DNA of 64,000 nt. Origin: Octopus sinensis. Its lineage: Eukaryota. Location of the stretch: the NCBI RefSeq assembly GCF_006345805.1, contig NC_043007.1, forward strand, positions 27,900,001-27,964,000, written 5' to 3'. The notes below the pieces were generated by a model, which had not been told where the DNA came from, did no database searches, and saw nothing but the letters and a program-made list of their open reading frames with translations. The position numbers were made by a program, and so were the translations under genes. Positions 38,098-50,912 of the stretch are shown here, one piece after another; position 1 is the first letter of the stretch, and every line of letters begins with the position of its first letter.

Positions 38098-40310
38098 ACA
38101 ATCATGGTTGTCGACGAGAAGTCAGCTCCCTTCACAAATACATATACTTTTTCCAGTGTCGATTGACATATAACTCGCTCTGAGATTTATCATTATATCC
38201 CTTTTATTTTCAATGAAGGGTCAATGTGTTCATCGGGTCCGCTGAATACAGCACCCTGGTTCAAATCTCACTCTGCCTTGATTTCGAAACAGGGAGATAT
38301 TTTAAAAGATTTTGAGAGAAAATTGCGTCTTAGAATTAGACAGGGTCGTAGAAATATAGTTGTAATCACAGAACTGCGCGACCAGTGATGACGTCACTCT
38401 CGAAAATAACCTAAACATCAATAAAAATTTGTTAATTAACAATTTAATTAACCATTTTCCCCACATGATCCATATTGTGCTTATTGTGTTTCATTATCGA
38501 AGCAGCTTTCTGTACGATTCTGTCATTCTTTGATGATCAATTAACACAGCATAAAGACATGGTTTGTTATCGCAAATATCCGGCTCTCTAAAACGGGCAA
38601 TTGAGATCGGATCCGGGTGCAGTTCAGCTTATATCTAGGGTAGGTGAAGTTCTAACAAATAAATGAATAGCCATCCGAATGTGGTAAATGAAAATTAAGA
38701 AATAACCCGTTAATCATAAATCTATTAACGGGTTAATATATTCCTGTGATTAAAAATCTGGTTCAAATTTTCTCCAAATAAAATGGGAAATTTAGTGTTT
38801 AGTGCCTGATATATAACCTTGTTTTTGTTATGTGAAGGCAAGAAAAGCCTCTGTTCTAAAAGTTCAGGGACGAGTGTGCAGTTAAGAGTTCCCTTCGGAG
38901 AAACGTTGTGCGGACCCTATGCTGCTGGAGCAAGTATCTTCACTCGGGTAATACCTTGAGAGTGCAATTTTCGTAGACACGAATTTTATGGAAGTATGCT
39001 GAATTCCTAAATATGTGCATGTAAAAATCTTTCCATGATGTATATCGGTGAAAAATGAAAAGTATCGGTTACAAACGGATGCTTTTCTAGAGAAATATTT
39101 TGCTCCAAGTTATAGATGCTTCATATATATTCACTTTCACCATTAAAAATGTGAGATACTTTTGACCACCCCATTGCATTTTTAATACCATAGAAATAAT
39201 CTAACTGTACTATTCTTCAAAAAATTTCGAAATTGAAACTGGAATATTAAACAAGGCAGTGTAGATGCACAGATATGCATTATCATAGAAAGCTGCTTTG
39301 GATTTCGCTGCGGTTCTTTCTTGAAGGCAACTTGACCTAAAGCTTCAACTTCAAACAAATGCATAAGAATTTTTATGAAATATTTGGCGACTGGATTCTG
39401 CACGCTAACTATACTGAAGCTCTATAACCGGCACTCCAAATTATCGATTTACTAATAGATCAAAAACCCTGAAAATTCATTAGATAAAAAAGGATAGGAT
39501 GGGAACCAACCCCATATAATAAACACAATACAATAAAGAAAGGAAAAGCGAAGAGTTGCTGTATCAAGATTTTCCGATCCCTCTTGAACGAAAGCTAACA
39601 TCATATATTGTCACAAATTGTATTGATGTCATCATAAACTAACTAAGAGTTAAGCTGAATGACAAAATACATTTTGTCACCATTGTAGATCGTGTCATGA
39701 GGATAGCATTAAACAAAAAATACTAAATTTAATATTCACGCGAAAAATATAACATGCAGCAGAGATTGAAATAAAAATAAATGAATGCCATATTATCAAA
39801 ACAAACTTGAAAACTAATATAAGCATGTACAGCTATCGTGCATAGATCGTTTGAAATTCAAAAATTGTGTAGAGATATGAAAAAAAAATTTCTGCAGATA
39901 TTTTCATGGGGGCCGTTTCACATCACAGGATTTCAATAATAATTTTTTTTTTTTGAATAATAAAAAGTACATGTGTATATATGTATATGTATGCGGTTCA
40001 GGCAACATGTTATATCCTGTGCTGATGTGTATACGCAGGTTTTATATATATATATATCTGTGTGTGTATAAATATATATATATACACACACACATGCACA
40101 CATACATACATATAAAATGCGCTTATACATTAATCTCTGTATGCTCTTATATGCATACATAAGTGTGCGTGAGGGCGAAAGTGTAATGTGTGTGCTTGCC
40201 ACTATCTATACGCTTATGAGCCTGCATGCACGTGTATGTATGTATGTATGTATGTATGATGTATGTATGTACGTATGTACGTATGTATGTATGTATGTAC
40301 GTATGTTTGC

Positions 40311-40352
<42 letters not shown>

Positions 40353-40593
40353 TTGCCCATATGTATTCATATATATCTGTGTATGTGTATGTGCTTGTGC
40401 GTGTATGTATACATGCGCATGTCTTTACACCCACGTGTATATGCATATACAACCATGCATATATACATATGTATGTCTATATATGTATGAATGTGTAAAC
40501 ACGCACATATACATATATATGCACACATTCATCCGACGCAGAAACGCAAAAACATGCACGCACACACACCCATATATGGTGTATGTATATATT

Positions 40594-40693
40594 NNNNNNN
40601 NNNNNNNNNNNNNNNNNNNNNNNNNNNNNNNNNNNNNNNNNNNNNNNNNNNNNNNNNNNNNNNNNNNNNNNNNNNNNNNNNNNNNNNNNNNNN
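40594..40693. other. Assembly gap (100 N)
   Basis: Run of n. Confidence 1.
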
Positions 40694-43200
40694 CTCAGAT
40701 ACCTAGATAAAATTACCAAGGACATCAATAGAACGGACGGAGTCCTGGTCCAGTCCGACAAGACAGGAACACATACAAGATGCCCATTAACAGTACCTAG
40801 ATTTACTCGGTAAAGAGATCAGAAAAAATTATAGAAAAACCAATTGGAGTACCCTGAGGAAGGTAAACTTGGAAATTAAGGAAATAATATTTAAACACCG
40901 AATTCAAATGAGAACTCAGCCGCTTAGCCCCAAGAACCCAGATTTATAGTGAAGGACCATAAACTAACTTCCACACCAACCCAGCGCTAAGACTCATATG
41001 CCCTGCTAGATCTGATATCGGGATAATCAGTAAGTACATTTTAGATAAATATATCCCTAGTTAGTAAACAGCTGAAGCTCAGCCTCTGGGCCAACTCCTC
41101 GCAGGTAGAGAAGTGGTTCTCTTCCATCCCCAATAAGAACCGTACTAGGTTCATTCAGTTTGATATCGCCAGCTTCTACCCCTCGATTAACCCTAGTGTG
41201 CTAAATAAGGCCTCTGGCATGCTCACAAACAAGGCTGGCCTCACCAGAAGAGAGATAGATATCATTTTAGTTGCCAGGAAATCGTTTATTAAGTTTGATA
41301 ATAAGTTGTGGATCCGTAAAGATACTCCCAATGAATTTGATGTGCCTATGGGAGTTCGAGATAGTGCGCAGATAGCCGATTTGGTCGGAATATATATTCT
41401 CTACGAATTGTCCGACCAATTCCCGGAGATCGCGGGCGGCCTGTATCGTGACGATTGTCTGTTTTACTGCAAAACACCACGAACAGAATAGTGCAGAAAA
41501 CTAAGAGCAGGTTAGCTAGTTTTTTAATAGAATGGGCATGAGTATAGCTTTTGATAATGAACTCACCAAGGCTAATTTCCTAGACGTTACACTTAACCTT
41601 AATAGCGACTCATACTGCCCTTACCATAAGCCTTCCACTAATTTGAAGTATGTCAGTGTCTTCTTTCAAATCATGCCAAAACCGTAACAGACAATTTGGT
41701 TAAAAACATCTCTCTAAGATTGTCTGGCTTGTCCGCCAGTGCCGATATTTTTATGCAGAAAGCGGAATTTTTATAACGCCGCACTATCCAAGGCCGGGTT
41801 ATAGGCAGAAGGTAATTTATATTGATCCGGCCCTTCCGATGCCATCATCGGTCTTCAGGATAGGGCCGTATATAATAACATTAACATTTTAAGTAAGGAC
41901 CGGAGCGCGGCGGATGCCGGGGTAGTCGCTCCCGCTTTAATTTAGCGAACAAGGATAATTATCGGTCCGGGAGGTCTTACACTAACCCAAGACCCGTTAT
42001 TCATCCGAGAATCACCCACCCGAATGCGAGAACTGGCGTCCCGACCCATCACACTGATAGGAATAAGCATATATGGTTTGTAATCCCCTTGGTAAGCAGA
42101 TTAGAACTAACCTCCCCCTCATGTTTAGACAAGCCATCGCCCAATACCTTCCCAGAAATTCCAAATATTACTCCACGGTTAACTCACATAAAGTAGGATA
42201 GCTTTCTCCAACACTAAAAACCTCGCCCAGATAATCGCCTCCCATAATAATAGGCTACTTACTAAGACCCTATCACCTTTTTCCGGAGGCACAGCCTCTC
42301 CGCTCCCGGTTTAATGCTCAGTAGGAATAATTATAGTAGTAATAATGATATGAGAGCCAGTACAGTGACATAATCTCAGCTCCAGCCAGGGAGTACCCAC
42401 TAGGGGTATAGTTATAAATAGGGGTGTTGTGGTTGACGGTAACAATGGGAGTAGGGTAGAGAGCCCCAATAGCATCCCCAGCATCATTTCCCGCAATAGC
42501 AGCACCACGGGCAGTAGCAATGACAGCACTCTGATAGATAGTGGAGAATCAGGGGTTATTCCTATAGTTAATAGTGACGTAGTGGAAAATAGAGTAGTAG
42601 TAAGCGGCTGCAGGTCTCGGAACGAATATAGTGACAGGAACGCAGTTCTAATTTCAGAAACTAATCCTAGCAGATTAGATTCACGTCGGCGAACTCCAAG
42701 ATCAAAAACGCCGTCTACCATGCAAGGTTTACACGGACTCAGATGTCTTCACTTATGTAGGGGCATCATCCTCAAGATTGTCTTTGCGTGTCTCCAACCA
42801 TTACGCAACTTTTCGGGACGTGAACAAGCGCCACACCACGGGACTCAGTAAGCTAATATGGCGACTGAAGGATACGAACTTAAGCTATAGGCTGGAATGG
42901 TCAATTTTGTCGGTGGCCCTCCCATTTGATAGGGGCAGAAGACAGTGCAACCTTTGTGTCTCCGAACTCTTCCATATTTTGTTTGCCAGAGGCCGGATGG
43001 TAAAAGGGCTCTTACAGTCGGCTTTTCGATGCCCCCCTTGGCGGCGTTACACTTATCTGACTTTTAAATAGCGTTATAGATAATACCGGCACCCATAGCC
43101 CTTGGTAACAATTCTGAAATAGCCTTTAAGATATCTACGATTAACCACTGCAAGGGGAATTACTCCTGTAAGACAAACGGGGCTTGGTTTTTTCACAGCG
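40694..43200 (+). mobile_element. Decayed Penelope-like retroelement: reverse transcriptase, WFNPP linker and C-terminal GIY-YIG endonuclease (Naiad/Neptune-like, tentative)
   Basis: DKTG, KDHK, RLICPARSDIG, FIQFDIASFYPSI, FDVPMG..AQIADLVG, GLYRDD, YVG, NHYATFRD..TTGLSKLIWRLKD, CNLC across shifted frames; 5' end lost in the gap. Confidence 0.92.
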
Positions 43201-43862
43201 GGGGGATTCCTTGACAAGGCAGGCTTAGATGAACACACACACACATAAAAACATAATATATATATATTTTTTTTCTTTCTGCCACCAACGGTTTATCACG
43301 GCAGTAGCCACTGACAGCCGAACGATCAAACGCACACACGTACACAAAAATGTTTCTACCCCTACGCCAACACACACATATATAGAACAGTATACACACA
43401 CACCGTCTCTAAGTAGATTTTTTCTCGCCCCTTATAAAACATCCAATATTCCTTAAATAGTCAGAACTTTATTCTCGGTCACAAAGAACATCTATACACC
43501 TCACCCACATGATTGGCCGATGCCTGACCCGTTGAATTCTTCAGCCACCGGTTCTCAACATACACTGATAAACAGTTTCGCCATGGGCTCTTAGGAGCAT
43601 AGTTCGATTTGTTTTTGCTCCGCCTCTGTTCTGTTTTTGTTTTTCCAACGGATTTCCTTTTTCTTCCTGAAAGAAAGACACATATGGTCCCATTATTCAG
43701 CTCCATTTCTTCAATTCACCAATAATGTTTTATATATATAATATATCATATGATATATATATATATATATATATTATAATATATATATTATTATTTATAA
43801 AGAAAATAATGATAATGTATTATTAACTTAAACCGGTTTCACTTATTTGAAAAGATTTTCAA

Positions 43863-44249
43863 GAGTAAAGTATGAGGCTTTGTGTCTCCTCCGTGATGAA
43901 TCAAAAAATATTTTACATAAAAGCATTCAGATGAGATAAATAAAATTCTTTGCGACGATAACAAGATTAAATATTAGTTTACATAAATATGTTCAAATTA
44001 AGCGATAGAGTGTTTGATTTGAATACATTTATGTAAACTAATTTTTATCTTCTTATCTTTGTAAAAAAAAAATTACTCACCTGATCTGAATGTTTTTATG
44101 TAAACATTTTTGTGACTAATCGCAGAGAATACACAAAGCCTCAGACGATTTCTTATCATTGTCAAAAGAATCTATCACTTGATTTGAATAGAGTTTTGTA
44201 AACTAATTTTTGACACCACAGAGGATACACAAAGCATTATATTTTACTC
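43863..44249. mobile_element. Foldback/MITE-like palindromic element
   Basis: Imperfect palindrome centred near 44003 (ttagtttacataaat/atttatgtaaactaa; gaggctttgtgt/acacaaagcctc) plus an extra right-arm copy ending ttttactc that mirrors gagtaaag. Confidence 0.65.
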
Positions 44250-44312
44250 TCGGAACTCTTTTCAAATAAGTGAAACCAGTTAGGTTAATAAATTCATATA
44301 TATGTATGTGTG

Positions 44313-44346
<34 letters not shown>

Positions 44347-44552
44347 TGTATGTATGTATGTATGTATGTATGTACGTGTGTATGTATATATGTATATATA
44401 TATATGTATGTATGTATGTACGTGCGTGTATGTATATAAGTGTGTAGCTTAGTTGTTAGTGTGTTCAGCTCAAGATCATAATGTCACGAGTTCAGTCCGT
44501 GGACATGGTTGGGCTATATTAAAATGCATTATTAATCTCTATATAGATGGAA

Positions 44553-44940
44553 AACTGGCAGAATCGTTAGCACGCCTTGAAAATTACTTAGCAGCATATC
44601 GCCTGTCTTTACGTTCTGCGTTCAAATACCGCTGAGGTCGACTTTGCCTTTCATCAATAATTTAAGCACAAATTGAGTAATGGTGTCGGCGTAATCGATT
44701 ATCTTCCTCCCCAGAATTCCCAGGCTCCGTGCCTATAGTAGAACAGATTATTAGTTTATACATAAAGAGCTGGCAGAATGCTTCTTACGCCGGGCAAATA
44801 GCTTAGCGGCGTATCGTCTGCCTTTACTGAGTTCACCTTATATCGAGGTCGGCATCCATCTTTTCAGTTTTGTTAAAAGTAGTACCAGTCGACTGACCTC
44901 CTCCCCGAAAAATTGAAGCTTTGTGCCCATATCAAAGAAT
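44553..44940 (+). mobile_element. Two tandem degraded SINE family A copies
   Basis: ctggcagaatcgttagcacgcc at 44555 and gagctggcagaatg at 44767. Confidence 0.8.
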
Positions 44941-45219
44941 ATTATTTGAGCTATGGTCATAAAGATGGACAAAATGCTGAAAAGCATTGTGCACAGCGTG
45001 TTAACGAGCGTACGAGTGCAACACCTTAGTCTAGGTAGAATATTAATACTATGCTACCTATCAAACAAAATTAAGATAATGGATGAATGAGTGTATCATA
45101 AGAGGTAGATCTGCAAAAAAGCAAACATCGACGGGAAAATACAGAATATACTACTGTGTCAGTTTAATCAATACTGCACACATATATACCTCCATACAAA
45201 CACACACGCACACACATAT

Positions 45220-45318
<99 letters not shown>

Positions 45319-45491
45319 ATATACACATATATATACATACATATATACATACACATATACATATACGTATAGATATAAATATACATATACAGATATATGT
45401 ATATATATACAATGTATGTATATATATACAATGTATGTATATATATATGTATATATATATAATTATGATAAAATAAATTCATGCCAGGAGT

Positions 45492-45566
45492 ACCGACGCT
45501 GATGAAGGCAATAGGTAATGTTTTTTTCTATTACTTTAAGCCCGAAACACGATCTTGTACGCGGTT
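45492..45566 (+). ncRNA. Type I hammerhead ribozyme in a PLE-end-like insert (about 45465-45710)
   Basis: ACCGaCG-CUGAUGA-aGGC..UAGGUAAU..AUUACUUUA..GCCc-GAAA-CAcGAUCUUG-UA^CGCGGU. Confidence 0.75.
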
Positions 45567-46419
45567 GACCAAAGTCTTGATTCCTTTTCTTTCTTTTGTT
45601 AGCCTTTTATGTAGTGTGTTTCTCTCGGCGAACTTTGGGTGGTAATAGTGTCTCTTGACGTTTATTTTTCAGTGCGTGGTGAGGCACAAGCCAAGACCTT
45701 GTTATAATTATTTATATATACATATATATATATACTTGAGAAAGGTGTGTGTGTGGGTGTGCGCCTACGTATGTGTACATGTATATCGATTATGTGTTTT
45801 ATGTTTCGTCTCATCCCAATATATTCTGAGTGAATTCTGATGAAATAAAAATTTGCTGACTCCAACACAAAAATCTTACATTTGTCTCTCCTTTCCCGAC
45901 AAATCCGCTCCCCAAAACTTCCTCCTCCACCCCCTTCTCCCTCGTGCTGTTACATCCTCCAACACCTCCATACCTTTCCACTATGACAACACCTTAATAA
46001 CATCAGAGCTGATGGCGGGAGGAAGAGATCAAAGCGCTACAGGTATTAGGTCGTCTATCATCAATCACTTTTATTAAAACGTCCGCGTCCACCCACACAA
46101 CTCACACACTCAAACACGGACACGTAGATTCGCAAGCAAATACACACACATTCACAGTCATGCATACAGACCTATACGTGTGTGTATGTGTACGTATGGG
46201 TGCGTAAATAAATATATATGTATGTATATCTATATAGGTGTATATGTTTGAGTACATATATCATAATTTAGGAATTAGAGGATATGTTGACAATTTGGAA
46301 ATGTAGGTGAATACGTACCTATGATTTGTACACGTGCGTGTGAGTGTCTGCGTGTGTGTGTTCGTGTGTGTGTGCGCGCGCACGACGCGTGTTTCAGTTT
46401 AGATAAAGCAACGATTTCT

Positions 46420-46890
<471 letters not shown>

Positions 46891-47425
46891 AATGCAATAC
46901 CAGACAGTGGCTCCCATGGCTTCTGATCGAAAGTGATTGGAAGTGTTATCATGTACATAGTTTTGTCTTAGTATAAAAGATGGGCTACAGCAAATATTCT
47001 GCTCAATACCACAGATTTGCTTGTCAGTTGTTTGACCTTAACCAGTTGAGCATGTCCCTTAGTGGCTGACGATATGTGCATCTCAGATCACGAGCAGAAG
47101 TAGTGGGGCAGCATCATAGCCATGTGTTGAGAGGGATTCTTGAGAGTTTGAATAATTCACCTTTGGAAACATTGGTGTTTTGTTCATCATGCTTAAACAA
47201 CTCTTATTCAGGGACCTTTTAAACAGGATCGGCTACTCGACCTGAAAAAAATTCTAACTGGGCCCCACTTGCAAAGTCATATGCTATTTATCTTGATATG
47301 AGATCACCATGTCTTGCACTTAAGGTTGTGATGCAAGAGCCTTATCATGCTGGTAGCCATGATGGGTATACTGGGCTTCGTATATTTTAACCCAGTGTCA
47401 CTTTGATGGCATGCCCTGCTCTTTC
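46891..47425 (-). repeat. Unclassified ~535-bp interspersed repeat between trinucleotide tracts
   Basis: Complex block bracketed by (AAT/AAG)n and (CAA/TAA/TAG)n; resembles a recalled abundant octopus repeat; single copy here. Confidence 0.45.
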
Positions 47426-47464
47426 ACACAACAACAACAACAATAATAATAATAATAATAATAA

Positions 47465-47528
<64 letters not shown>

Positions 47529-47699
47529 TAGTAGTAGTAGTAGTAGTAATGTTCATATTAGTTCGGTATGAATTCGTGACCACCATACGCTCGGCTAATA
47601 CCCCAACGTATTGCTTTATCTACATTATCATTCTTACTCATACTTCCAAATTATGGTAGCTTCTGCTTTCGCTGAAGAGATGGCTAATGACTATAATAG

Positions 47700-48070
47700 T
47701 AATAATAATTTGCTGAGAAATACTGAGGGGATAGAATACCCAGGATTGCTGCAAGATGATAGGATATATTCCGAAAACAAAATTAAACAGAGGGAATATT
47801 GAATATAGCAATAAATATATGAACCTGGCAATATTAATATAAAAGCAACGATTGACAAAAAGTCAAGGAGCCAATACAGGATATGCAAGTAAGGAGACGG
47901 AATGCAGTAACCTAGCGTAATAAGAGTATAAGTGCAGGTCTGAATGTGTTGGGTTGTTGGTGATCTTAGACGTTGTGTATGGTTTCGAAATAACAGAAAT
48001 GTGGTATGAAAACGAACCAGACGCTATGATTCGGAGTAAGGGTCATAGGATTTTATGAGACTATATTAAT
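47700..48070 (+). mobile_element. Heavily decayed R4/Dong-like LINE internal fragment (CCHC/RLE region)
   Basis: KATIDKKSRSQYRICK*GDG and TEMWYENEPDAMIRSKGHRIL*DY resemble R4/Dong motifs. Confidence 0.6.
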
Positions 48071-48121
48071 GAAGCATTAAGACCTGATGTCGTTTATAGT
48101 AGACAAAATAAACAAACATAG

Positions 48122-48432
48122 GCCTAGGCGTGGCTGCGTGGCAATAAGCTTGGTTCCCAACCACATGGTTCTGCGTTTAGTCCCACAGCGTGGCACCTTG
48201 GGCAAATGTCTTCTATTATACCCTCGGGCTGACCACAGACTTGTGAGTGGATTTGATAGACAGAAACTGAAAGAAGCCTGTCGTATATATATATATATAT
48301 ATATATATGTACGTATGTATGTATGTGTGTGTGTGTGTGTACTTGTGTATCTGTATTTGTGTTTGTCCCCTCAGCATCGCTTGACAACCTATGTTAATGT
48401 GTATACGTTCCCGTAATTTAGCAGTTCGGCTC
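48122..48432 (+). mobile_element. SINE family B
   Basis: ggcgtggctgcgtggcaataagc...ggcaccttgggcaaatgtcttc...gcttgacaacc. Confidence 0.9.
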
Positions 48433-49212
48433 ATAAGGAAAACGCCTTATATATTAAAGTACCCCACTTTTAAAGTTTAGATTGATTTATCTATCTTTTT
48501 TCTTTTACGTGGTTCTAAAACCCTTTTCTAATTTTTAAATATAATTTTTAATATAAATTTTGCTAAGTTACCGCGTTACCCTCACTTTTAATTCCCATAC
48601 TTATTTTTGCCTATTTTATTTTCCAGTTTATGCCCCTTTTATTTGATAAGCATAATGTTTTTAGCCACCCTTGTCCTTCTTCTTTCTGTTTATTACGTCC
48701 TTATCTTACTAGCAACTCTGAGACATATCCTTTTTATGTAGATAAGGGTCGGATACGTGGTCCCAGTAATATAGCAGCCGGGGAGAGAATCTAACATTAA
48801 TTAATCACCAACAACAACGACTTAACTCTCAATTTCCAATCGATTTAATTCCAAGGGATTCCAGACATGCTGCATTACGTCTTTTGAACATGATAAGGTT
48901 GAATATAAATGTAGCTATATCACCATTTCCCTTTCTTGACCCCCATCATTTTCCTCTGCCAGTCTGAATTATCGTAGGGTTTAGGTATACATTTTTTTTC
49001 CTAAATTCATTCTGCCACATAAATAGCAAAAGGATAAAATGTAATTATTTTAGTCTCTTGTACTGAGGAAAATTTGCTAAAAACTGATTATTTATCCTTT
49101 ATGTTGGAAATCTATATGGTCGTCTTCTCCGAGGAGAGCGGTTTATTTCAAATTGATGTAATGTTATCATCGATCGATTAAATGGGGCCGCTTGAAACGG
49201 CCGTAATGCATT
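48433..49212 (+). mobile_element. AT-rich PLE 3'-end-like segment terminating in a hammerhead motif
   Basis: T-rich UTR-like sequence ending at the 49125 ribozyme; boundaries uncertain. Confidence 0.45.
49125..49210 (+). ncRNA. Hammerhead-like motif (U4C core variant, long stem II, palindromic ACGGCCGU stem III)
   Basis: CCGAGGA-GAGCGGUUU AUUU..AUUGAUG..CAUCGAU..AAAU GGGGCCGCUU-GAAAC GGCC GUA; stem I poorly paired. Confidence 0.6.
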
Positions 49213-49221
49213 GATACCTGG

Positions 49222-49392
49222 ACATACTTGTAACTTATTTGCTTTCAGTTTCCGTCAACCAAATCCATTCATAAGGCTTTGGTGGCCCCGAAGCTATAAT
49301 GGAAGACACTTGCCCAATATGCCACTAAGTAGGACTGAACTCGGAGCCTTGTGGTTAGGAAGCAAGCTTACCACACAGCCGCGCCTGCGCCT
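49222..49392 (-). mobile_element. SINE family B 5' part
   Basis: tttcagtttccgtcaaccaaatcc...cttaccacacagccgcgcctgcgcc. Confidence 0.88.
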
Positions 49393-50192
49393 ATGTTAGC
49401 AGAGTTGATACGAAATAAATTGAAGATAATTTAGACATATCAGGACCAAACCAGAGAACTTTAGGAAATCGTGGAAGACTAAAACAGGCATTTTTATGAT
49501 GGGCTTTACTAAGAGACTGTAAGAGAGTGCTAGCTAAGGGACTGTAAGATGTTGGGATTGTGACTCGCATTGTCAACATGTAGAAAAGCGCTATAAGTTC
49601 TCCTAAAAGAAGCTAAATCAAGGCACGGATATGAACTTAATAAATTATAAAATAGCAATGTACATACAAAGAATAAGGAGAGGAAGTGGAGGAAGAAGAA
49701 GAAGAAGATTGATGTTTATGTCAATTTTTATTTTTATTTATTCATGTAATCATTTCTTTATTTTTATCTATTTAGTTGATTCATATATATATATATATAT
49801 TAATTAGTTAAATTGGTGCTTGGCCTTGGTAAATTCTCCAGCGAACAATATGTAAATATATAGTTTGCATCGCTTTCCTCCACTGCGCAGTACAAATATC
49901 CTGTAATAAGTTGTCTTGTTACTAAAAATAGATCAAACCCTGTAAACTGGTGGAATGGTTAGCACACCGGACTAAATGCTTAGCGGTATTTCAGCCGTTT
50001 TTACATTGTCTTCAAATTCCGCTGAGGATTGGGTTAGACATATTCGACTTACCCCACTCCCACAAAAATGGTGTCAGGCTTTATCCCTGTATCAGAAAGG
50101 AATATTCAATGGAGAACAAAGACAAAATGCCCGACGAAATGCTTAGCGGCATTTTGTCCATCATTACGAGAGCAACCTGAATGAAGTGTATT

Positions 50193-50640
50193 TATTTCTT
50201 TATTGCCCAGAGGAGGCTAAACACAGAGAGGACAAACAAGGACAGAGGAAAGGATTAAGTCGATTACATCAACACCAGTGCGCAAATGGTACTTATTTGA
50301 TCGACCCTGAAAGGATGAAAAGCAATTTGAACTCAGAACGTAACGGCGGATGAAATACCACCAAGCGTTTCGCCGGACGTGGTAACGTAAATTAGTTATA
50401 TTTATTTCTTTATTGCCCACAGGGGGCTAAACATTGAGGGGACAAACAAGGACAGACAAAGGGATTAAGCCGATTGCCGATTACATCGACCTCAGTGCGT
50501 AACTGGTACTTGTTTGATCGACTCCGAAATGATGAAAGACAAAGTCGACCTCGGCGGAATTTGAACTCAGACCGTAACGGCAGAAGAAATGCCGCTAAGC
50601 ATTTCACCCTACGTGCAAACGTTTCTGCAACCTCGCCGCC
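50193..50640 (-). mobile_element. Two tandem SINE family A copies
   Basis: tatttatttctttattgccc.. begins at about 50190 and again at 50400, each followed by the antisense family A body. Confidence 0.9.
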
Positions 50641-50855
50641 TTTCCTGACTGAAGTATATTGCGCAAAGAAGAGCTACACATCAGACGAGGGATTCGAACC
50701 TGCGACATGATCGTGATTCCAACCAAAAGCCACGTGGCTTCATATCTTTCTCTCTCTCTCTATTTATCTATCTACCTATCTTACTATCAGTCTGTTTATC
50801 TGTCTATCTATCTAGCTAGCAAGCTACCTATCTACCTACCTATCTAGCTAGCTAA

Positions 50856-50912
<57 letters not shown>

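Noticed and set aside
38875-38915. UUAAGA-GUUCC cuuc GGA-GAAACGUU motif
   Set aside because: Two or more core mismatches and weak stem I; chance cannot be excluded
50672-50740. Minus-strand GGTTCGAATCCC T-arm motif
   Set aside because: Upstream sequence resembles a decayed family D SINE head; no cloverleaf
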